From Myxococcales bacterium (GTDB taxonomy: Bacteria > Myxococcota_A > UBA9160 > UBA4427), in contig DUCN01000057.1 of the NCBI GenBank assembly GCA_012959805.1, forward strand, positions 38,074 through 102,073: a stretch of DNA of 64,000 nt. The letters are read 5' to 3'. The position numbers were made by a program, and so were the translations under genes. The notes under the pieces are model-generated. The model was not told the DNA's origin. It saw only the letters and a list, made by a program, of their open reading frames with translations, and did no database searches. How positions within the stretch are numbered: the stretch's first letter is position 1; each line of letters opens with the position of its first letter. Below are positions 57,630 through 64,000 of this stretch, piece after piece.

Positions 57630-58999
57630 GGATTCACAGGGACGCCGGACAACGCTTCGAGCAGACCATCCGATTCTGAAATGGCGTCGTCCGAAAAGAA
57701 CATTTCGCCGGGGAAACCCGCACGCTGCAAAACGTCGAGCTGAGAAGTGGCGCGTCCCGGTCTGTCAGTGAAGAGCCAGGTCCCCAAACCGGGCCAGATG
57801 CGATCTGCTTCGGGCCAGCCTGCAAAGGTCTCCAGCTGGTAGCGCAAAAGGCGATCGTCGAGGGTGTAGACCATGGGCATGGCCAGATCGATGGCCCCGG
57901 ATTCGAGCCAGCCGCGCCAATCCTGCGCCAGCGACAGGTAGGCCCGGTCGGCATACGGAATCACGGCCGCCGAGATCAGCAAGCCCGGCCGAATGGCCCG
58001 GGTTTCGCGGCCGATCTCTTCGACCAATCTCGTCACCTGCACACGTCGCCAATCGTCCCACTGCGTCGCACCGCGAACCATGCCGGGCTTGGCGCCGTCA
58101 ATTGGATCGGGAAGGCCTGTTTCGAGGCGATAGCGCGCTCGGCTCTTTTCGCCGTAACCGAAATCCAGGCCGACACCGAATCGTGAGCCAGGGCTGAAGG
58201 GGAGCACACCAGGATGACGGATGTAGTCGAGATGCAGACCATCGAGTTCGGGGTATCGAGTCAGAAGGTCCCGGAACGTGGTGACGAGTGCACGACGAAC
58301 CGCCGGGATCGCTGGATCGAGATACAGCCCGGGCGTTCCCATGCGATAGAAGCGGCGGTCGGGTTCTGGCAGATCGAAGTTGGGATAATCGAGAACCGAA
58401 CGACCCATCCGGTCGACCATGATCGCATCCCGGCCAAGATCGCGGATGAGTTGGGCGTCGCGACGCGTCGACAGACTCAATACGTTCACCCACGCGTGGA
58501 CGCGCAAGCCGCGTTCGTGGGCGGCCGCAAGCAGTGAGCCCAGGACATCGACATCCTGAGCCGCAGGCCGGGATTTTTCTTCGACGAAGTCCGCGCTCTC
58601 GTAAAATGCCCGCCCGCCCCGGTAGGCCTGCACGAAAAGATCCGTTGCCTGCAGCTTCTCGGCACGGATCAACAGATCTTCGATGCGCGAGGGGTCATCA
58701 AGGACGCGGACACTTCCCTCCGCCAGCACCCATAGACCGCGGGCGCGCGGCTCGGATGCATCTGCCTCGTGGATCGAAGAGGGCTGCTCTAGACTTTCCG
58801 ACTGTGGGTCGGTTTCGACCGCGCCGCGGGGGGTGGGGACTGGAGGGTGATCGAACGAATTTCCTTCGGGGAAGTCATCGACTGAGCAAGCGAGCAGGGG
58901 TGCGGCAACCACCATCGCTAAGCCCAGACGGGTTAGCGATTCAGGCAAGCAGGTGAGCGCGCGGAAAAGAGAGTTCGGGGGCAGTCGCAAAACGGGCAC
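57626..58999 (-). CDS. Glycoside hydrolase-like family 10 (DUF187/YddW-like) lipoprotein
   Basis: Lipobox LLAC, RGLWV, AHERGLRVHAW, YLDP..P.VR, DGLHLDYIR, QDW..W...G.ID..PMVY. Start uncertain. Confidence 0.85.
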   Translation of the reverse strand: MPVLRLPPNSLFRALTCLPESLTRLGLAMVVAAPLLACSVDDFPEGNSFDHPPVPTPRGAVETDPQSESLEQPSSIHEADASEPRARGLWVLAEGSVRVLDDPSRIEDLLIRAEKLQATDLFVQAYRGGRAFYESADFVEEKSRPAAQDVDVLGSLLAAAHERGLRVHAWVNVLSLSTRRDAQLIRDLGRDAIMVDRMGRSVLDYPNFDLPEPDRRFYRMGTPGLYLDPAIPAVRRALVTTFRDLLTRYPELDGLHLDYIRHPGVLPFSPGSRFGVGLDFGYGEKSRARYRLETGLPDPIDGAKPGMVRGATQWDDWRRVQVTRLVEEIGRETRAIRPGLLISAAVIPYADRAYLSLAQDWRGWLESGAIDLAMPMVYTLDDRLLRYQLETFAGWPEADRIWPGLGTWLFTDRPGRATSQLDVLQRAGFPGEMFFSDDAISESDGLLEALSGVPVNP

Positions 59000-59176
59000 A
59001 CATTAACTTCGTGAGCCCTTCGGCTCAATGGATGGCACTACTTCAGGGGGGATCAGGCCCGGGTCACGAGTCGCGAGCCGGGTCATGCCTTCATGAGGGC
59101 GTCGGGGGCATGTATTGAACCCGACTCGGGTAGCTCGGGTTAGGATTGATCACCATTCACGGGCTGGATCGGCCGA

Positions 59177-61318
59177 TTGGTGATCGACGGGATTGGGAGT
59201 TCATTTTTGAAGGTTTTGAATCGCATCGTGCTGGGGCTGATTGGGCTGACTCTTCTGCTCGCGCAGACGTCACCCAATATGGCCAGTGCTTCGACTGAAG
59301 CCGACCCGGTCAAGGGCGAGGAAACTGCGCTGATTCTGGGCAGCATGCCGACGCCGCCAGCCGATCGGATTCTTCGCGCGCGCAGCGAAGCGATTTTCGA
59401 CGATCCAGCGGCGCTGCTGCGCGCCGCGGCAATCGGAATCGAGCAGAACGATGACGCCCATGCGGATTGGCTCTACGCGCAGCTCGCCGAAAGACACCCG
59501 ATCGTAGGCGACCATGCCGGATTGCGGCGAGCACGACTCCAGTTTTCGATGGGCCGCGTGCTCGAAGCCAGGCAGATCGCCTCGAAGGCGGTGGCCGACT
59601 ACCCGAACTCACCGCTTCGTGTGGATCTCTTCGAGCTGATCGGCGAGGCTCTGATCGCAGAGCGCGACGAGATCGGTGCGCGTGAAGCCTGGGCTGCCGC
59701 TCTGGCCGAAACTACCGACGATGATCGACGTGCGACCTTACTGCGTCGGGTTGCCCGCAGCGAAGAACGATCGGGTGAAGATCGTGCCGCCGGCATAACA
59801 TGGCGACTCGTCTGGTATGCGCATCCCGCCAGTCGCGATGCTGAACAAGCAAGCCATCGACTCGATCTCATCGAAGCGCATCTAGGAGAGACGCTTCGTC
59901 GCGCGAGCGACTGGCGCCGCCGTGGCGACCGATTATTCCGCCTTCGAATGAACGAAGAAGCGCTCGAGGCGTACGACCGTGCGCTCGAGATGGGCCTCTC
60001 GAAGAGCGAAATGCACCGTACCCAGAAGCAGCGAGCGCAGACATTCTTTCGCTTGCGACGTTACCCCGCCGCGCTGAAGGCCTTTCAATCTTTGGATCAA
60101 GTCGGCGACACACCGATTTGGGTCGCACGCTCCATGGCCAGATCCGATCGCGTGCCGGAATCGATCGCCGCGTTTGAGAAGCTCGCCAAGCGATCGGGGC
60201 CCCACCGCGCTCGCGCCCATTACCTCGCCGCCTTGCTGCTCGACGGACGCAATCGCAATGAAGAGGCGAGTGTGCATTTCGAATTCCTTGCCAACAACAA
60301 AGACCAGGACGAGCTTTCCCGCGCCGCACTCTGGTACTTGGGATGGACCGAGTTTCGGGAGGGGCGTTTTGCGCAGGCCTCTCAGCAATTCAAGTCGCTT
60401 TCTGAGATCACAACGAATGAAATCGATCGCCTGCGGCCGCTTTATTGGCAGGCCAGGGCGCTCGAAGCATCGGGAGATCGCGAGGGGGCACAGTCGCTTT
60501 TCGTGGACCTCGCACGCAATTTCCCACTTTCCTATTACGGTTTTCGCGCACGAGACCGAATGCCGTCGATGGACCTGAAGAGTCCCCATCATGAAATTTC
60601 TCCGGGTCGTTCGGGATTGCGTCCAAGCGAGCTGGCTCGAGTTCGAATCCTTATGGCGGCGGGGCTCGTTGATGCGAGCGCTTCTGAAAGCGCGCGACTC
60701 ATGCGTGGAGTAGGGGGGCTCGATGATCGCGTGGCACTCGCTCGACTCTTGACGTCGGCCGGAGACTTCAATCGTGCACAACGCGTTATCGTCGACGCCT
60801 ATACGACGTCACTTGCCCGTGGTCCTGTCGCCGGACTCGAAGAACTCTGGTGGTATGCCTGGCCGTCGGCATTTTCTGGACACGTCGACGCGGCAACCGT
60901 GACCGACGGAAGCGTCGATCCCGAACTTGTCTATTCGATCATGCGGGAAGAGAGCGGTTATCGCCCGAAAATTGTTTCGCCGGTCGGAGCGCGCGGACTG
61001 CTTCAGATCATGCGCGAAACTGGAGCGCAGCTGGCGGGGCGTGTTGGGCGCGTCGACTTTGACGCCGACGACCTCTTTGATCCCGCGATGAATATCGAAC
61101 TCGGATCCTTCTATCTCGGTGAACTCTCGCGTCAGTTTCCGATGCGAATCTCGGCCTCGATCGCCAGTTATAACGCTGGGCCCAATGTCGTGGCGAATTG
61201 GGTAGAAGGCGATCCTCGACCGGACGACGAATGGGTCGAATCGATTCCATACTCCCAGACGCGCAGTTATGTGAAGCGGGTGATGCGAAGTCTGCAGGCC
61301 TACCAACTGCTTTACTGA
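59177..61318 (+). CDS. Soluble lytic transglycosylase with TPR repeats
   Basis: TPR array, YWQAR, PLSYYG, IMREES, SPVGARGLLQIM, ASYNAG, ESIPYSQTR.YVKRV. Confidence 0.93.
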   Translation: MVIDGIGSSFLKVLNRIVLGLIGLTLLLAQTSPNMASASTEADPVKGEETALILGSMPTPPADRILRARSEAIFDDPAALLRAAAIGIEQNDDAHADWLYAQLAERHPIVGDHAGLRRARLQFSMGRVLEARQIASKAVADYPNSPLRVDLFELIGEALIAERDEIGAREAWAAALAETTDDDRRATLLRRVARSEERSGEDRAAGITWRLVWYAHPASRDAEQASHRLDLIEAHLGETLRRASDWRRRGDRLFRLRMNEEALEAYDRALEMGLSKSEMHRTQKQRAQTFFRLRRYPAALKAFQSLDQVGDTPIWVARSMARSDRVPESIAAFEKLAKRSGPHRARAHYLAALLLDGRNRNEEASVHFEFLANNKDQDELSRAALWYLGWTEFREGRFAQASQQFKSLSEITTNEIDRLRPLYWQARALEASGDREGAQSLFVDLARNFPLSYYGFRARDRMPSMDLKSPHHEISPGRSGLRPSELARVRILMAAGLVDASASESARLMRGVGGLDDRVALARLLTSAGDFNRAQRVIVDAYTTSLARGPVAGLEELWWYAWPSAFSGHVDAATVTDGSVDPELVYSIMREESGYRPKIVSPVGARGLLQIMRETGAQLAGRVGRVDFDADDLFDPAMNIELGSFYLGELSRQFPMRISASIASYNAGPNVVANWVEGDPRPDDEWVESIPYSQTRSYVKRVMRSLQAYQLLY

Positions 61319-61328
61319 CGGATTTTCT

Positions 61329-61346
61329 TCGACATGTACATGTCGA
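61329..61346. repeat. Perfect 18-bp palindrome
   Basis: TCGACATGTACATGTCGA equals its own reverse complement. Confidence 0.8.
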
Positions 61347-61475
61347 TCGTCTTGATCGGGGGATGCATTGGCACAGAGTGCCCGTCGCTTTCCGCCGATT
61401 TGCTGCCCTACGTGCGATTCCGAAGCCGTCGTGAGCGCGAGAGGGCGAATCTCCTGAAAAGACCCGGGGAAGTAT

Positions 61476-61504
61476 TGAGCGCTGCTTCATTCTGGCCGAT
61501 GAGA
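61476..61504 (+). promoter_or_regulatory. Putative sigma28-type promoter
   Basis: TGAG-N15-GCCGATGAGA, about 62 nt upstream of ATG 61566. Confidence 0.4.
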
Positions 61505-61565
61505 AACCAGGATGGGCCTCGCTTGCCCAGTCCCAATATGCGTCGATCGAATCGGGAGAGTTTAA

Positions 61566-62006
61566 ATGCCAAACCGCAATCAGGCAGGTCGTGCGACGGG
61601 GTCGCTGATCCTCCTGCTGCTCATGCTCGGTGTCGCAGCTGGCTGGAACTACCATCGTAATTGGCAGCTCGAGGAGGCCACCGAAGGAGCCAGGCCATAT
61701 CAGAGTTATGCGGTGGATGACCTCAAGGCATTACGCGAGGCGTATGCCAGCGAACTCCATGGCGTGCGAGCCGAGTTCGATTCCGCCAAGCGGAATCGAA
61801 CTCGTTCAGTGCGCGATGTAGGATCGATCGCGGGCAACATCGAGCAATTTAAAGAGACGACGCGCGTGAGCACGGCAATTCGAATCGCCGCGGCCGGGGT
61901 CACCGAGCGTGAAGAACAGATCAGCGCACTCGAACGTGAGATCGAGGCGCGCGCCCGGTTCGGCGAAGGCCTGGGCCGACACTTGAAGCGACTCACCGCG
62001 ATCTAG
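61566..62006 (+). CDS. Membrane-anchored coiled-coil hypothetical protein
   Basis: GGAGAG RBS; N-terminal TM (LILLLLMLGVAAGWNY); RPY..Y...DL..L..AY; heptad-rich C-terminus. Confidence 0.75.
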   Translation: MPNRNQAGRATGSLILLLLMLGVAAGWNYHRNWQLEEATEGARPYQSYAVDDLKALREAYASELHGVRAEFDSAKRNRTRSVRDVGSIAGNIEQFKETTRVSTAIRIAAAGVTEREEQISALEREIEARARFGEGLGRHLKRLTAI

Positions 62007-62028
62007 GCAGCTTCCAGCCATCGGCTGA

Positions 62029-62889
62029 CTAGAGCGCGTCGATCTCCGGCGGCTCCTGAGCGCCATCCGCGTTGTCGGCATCGTCGATATCCAATCCGGC
62101 GTCATCGGTCTCCGCCTCATCAAACATCTTTTCCCCCGTAGCCGCTGCGGCTCCTTCTTCGCCTTCCTCTCGCCGCGCAGCGGGTTCTTCGTCGTCGAGG
62201 AGTTGGGCCATCGGACGAACAACCTTCGGCTTCGGTGCCTGTGGCGAGGGCTTCGATTCCACGGCGGGCCGGTCGTTCTGGTTCGCGTCGCATTTCGGGC
62301 AGATCGGATCCTCTTTGCCCAGGTCATAGAATCTCTGCGCGCAGTCAAAGCAGATCCACTTGAATCCGAGCTTTGGATGTCGTGGCCCAGTCGGCGTTAC
62401 GGGTTTCTTCGCTTTGGCGCGCTTGCCGGATTTGGTCGCCGCGGCGTCAGTGGGTTTTGTCTTGGCTTTGGATTTGGACTTGGCGCCGGTGGCTTCAGAC
62501 TTCTTGGCGGCAGCCTTTTTGTCGGGCTTCGCCGCAGCTTTCTTACCCGCTGATCCAGCCGCTGACTTGGAGGAGGATTTGGCCACCGCCTTCTTAGCGG
62601 TAGAGACCGTTGTCTTCGACGCGGACTTAGCCGCCTTCTTGGCTGTGGTCTTTGCCTTGCCTGCTGATTTGGCCGGAGCTCTGGAAGATTTCTTCGCAGT
62701 GGTCTTCGCGGATTTCTTGGCAGTCGCCTTCTTGGCGGGCTTTGCAGCAGCCTTTTTGGCCGGCTTCTTCTTTGCCACACCCACGCTGGCCTTTGCCTTC
62801 GCGGCTGCCTTTTTCTTCGCGGCTGCCTTTGCCTTGGCAGCGGCCTTTTTGGCCGGGGTCTTGGCGGCTTTCTTCTTACTCGGACTCAT
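62029..62889 (-). CDS. FYDLN-acid (TIGR02300-like) zinc-ribbon protein with histone-H1-like Ala/Lys N-terminus
   Basis: About 160 aa of PAKK/AAKK repeats, then LGFKWICFDCAQRFYDLGKEDPICPKC and a D/E-rich tail. Confidence 0.85.
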   Translation of the reverse strand: MSPSKKKAAKTPAKKAAAKAKAAAKKKAAAKAKASVGVAKKKPAKKAAAKPAKKATAKKSAKTTAKKSSRAPAKSAGKAKTTAKKAAKSASKTTVSTAKKAVAKSSSKSAAGSAGKKAAAKPDKKAAAKKSEATGAKSKSKAKTKPTDAAATKSGKRAKAKKPVTPTGPRHPKLGFKWICFDCAQRFYDLGKEDPICPKCDANQNDRPAVESKPSPQAPKPKVVRPMAQLLDDEEPAARREEGEEGAAAATGEKMFDEAETDDAGLDIDDADNADGAQEPPEIDAL

Positions 62890-63233
62890 CTCGTCTCTTC
62901 TCCACGACTCTGCAGCCTATGCGCCTAGGCCGCCGCACAAGCGGGGCGATCGGTGAATTTAAACAGCCGGGCGTGGGGGGGCGCCATTTGGCCGACTCAA
63001 AGCGCGAAGGCGTCTAGAAAACTGGTCGATTTCGCGCAGCGAGCGACCGTGCTTTTAGCCGTTCATCGGGGACTCAGCCAGTGGTGGGACCACTGTCATG
63101 CTCGCAATGTTTCATATGGGCCGAAAAAAGCCCACATTTTTCGTTCAAGGGCAGGGGATATCCGATCTTTTTCGCTTCGGCACGCTTGGCCGTGTGTGGG
63201 GGATGTGGGTCGTGCAGTGGTGGTTGTCCCGAA

Positions 63234-63923
63234 TCACTCTCGCAACGCAGGTGGCTCCGGCTGGTCTATGTGATCCGCGCCCAGAGGCGCGGGATCGATC
63301 GCATCGATTCGACTGAATCGGGAGAGAAATACGATCGGTTCGATATTCGAGATTGCCGTGACCTTGATCGTATGTTCGACCACCAGGGTGTGGTCGAGCG
63401 AATCCACTCGGTAGATGTTGTATCCGGTGGCTTGACCCTGTTCCCATCGCAGCTGTAGGCCAGATTCGCTCAATGCCCAGACCGAGGAAAAGTCGACGCC
63501 ACGGTCGTCCTTGCCGAAATGAGTCTCACCACCGGGATTCACGAGTCGCGAGGAATTCCCGTCTGGGCTGATCAGGCGCTGGTGCAGCTGACTTCCATCC
63601 CAGACGAAGTTCACCTCTTTCGGTGGCGCGGTCGTCTTGCGGAGAATTGGACTCGCAAAGCGTCGCTTAATCCAGGAAAGGCCTCCGAGCGCCTTGCCGA
63701 TGGCTGAGAGGCGCGCCTCGTTGGCTTCGTCGTTCTCGATTCGCTCCCAATGTCCGTCGTAATCCGAAAGGTCGATGACCAAGGACTCGTTTGCGCCGAG
63801 GGCTGACATCGGCATCAAACATCCGATCCAGAGGCTCATCGCTAGGACGGCCGCGATGCCTCCGAGCGGGAGCCGCTCGAAAAAGAAGTTACGGCGAGTT
63901 TCGAGCCACCGGAGGAGGATCAT
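63234..63923 (-). CDS. Exported hypothetical protein
   Basis: GGAGG RBS; signal-like segment; beta-rich domain (YDGHW..., PIVF..RFSR). Confidence 0.6.
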   Translation of the reverse strand: MILLRWLETRRNFFFERLPLGGIAAVLAMSLWIGCLMPMSALGANESLVIDLSDYDGHWERIENDEANEARLSAIGKALGGLSWIKRRFASPILRKTTAPPKEVNFVWDGSQLHQRLISPDGNSSRLVNPGGETHFGKDDRGVDFSSVWALSESGLQLRWEQGQATGYNIYRVDSLDHTLVVEHTIKVTAISNIEPIVFLSRFSRIDAIDPAPLGADHIDQPEPPALRE

Positions 63924-64000
63924 TGAACGGCCTCCGATGTCGCATCGAGCAGCTGCTTGATCAGCGCATGAAGCGTCCGACGATGCCGCTGGATCGACGG

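Noticed and set aside
61420-61480. Riboswitch-like segment GGGCGAATCTCCTGAAAAGACCCGGGGAAG
   Set aside because: Only partial resemblance to cyclic-dinucleotide riboswitches; the required paired elements could not be built by eye.

Overview
GC-rich bacterial chromosome segment. Gene content and order (rpsA-ihfB-lapAB-mutS-amidase-glnD-xerD-NTase-scpAB-rluB; FYDLN, PEGA, REC-PilZ and DUF4124 genes) suggest a Myxococcota/deltaproteobacterium-like organism; this is an inference. 0-17 kb is conserved housekeeping. 17-38 kb is mixed: DUF368, SRAP, an SSS transporter, prlC-atl-small ORF-HD tRNA nucleotidyltransferase, a catalytically dead M41-like protein, an orphan NarL regulator, a PEGA protein divergent from a TolQ plus two atypical ExbD-like genes, and a HelD-like ATPase. 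39-51 kb is an eroded accessory tract beside the 3' end of an initiator tRNA-Met, holding six broken genes (HxlR, molybdopterin oxidoreductase, NTase toxin, LysR, P450, FkbM). 51-64 kb holds a lipoprotein/REC-PilZ operon, a ROK kinase, GHL10-queA-tgt, a TPR-SLT and a histone-H1-like FYDLN fusion. Best leads: (i) the uncharacterised TolQ/ExbD-ExbD' motor module with its divergent J-like/PEGA neighbour; (ii) a candidate sigma28-type regulon, with GCCGATGAGA upstream of three unrelated loci including the dead M41 protein and the PilZ operon; (iii) two class II tRNA nucleotidyltransferases that may split CC- and A-addition. No CRISPR array, rRNA or intact mobile element was seen. All family calls come from motif recognition, not database searches.
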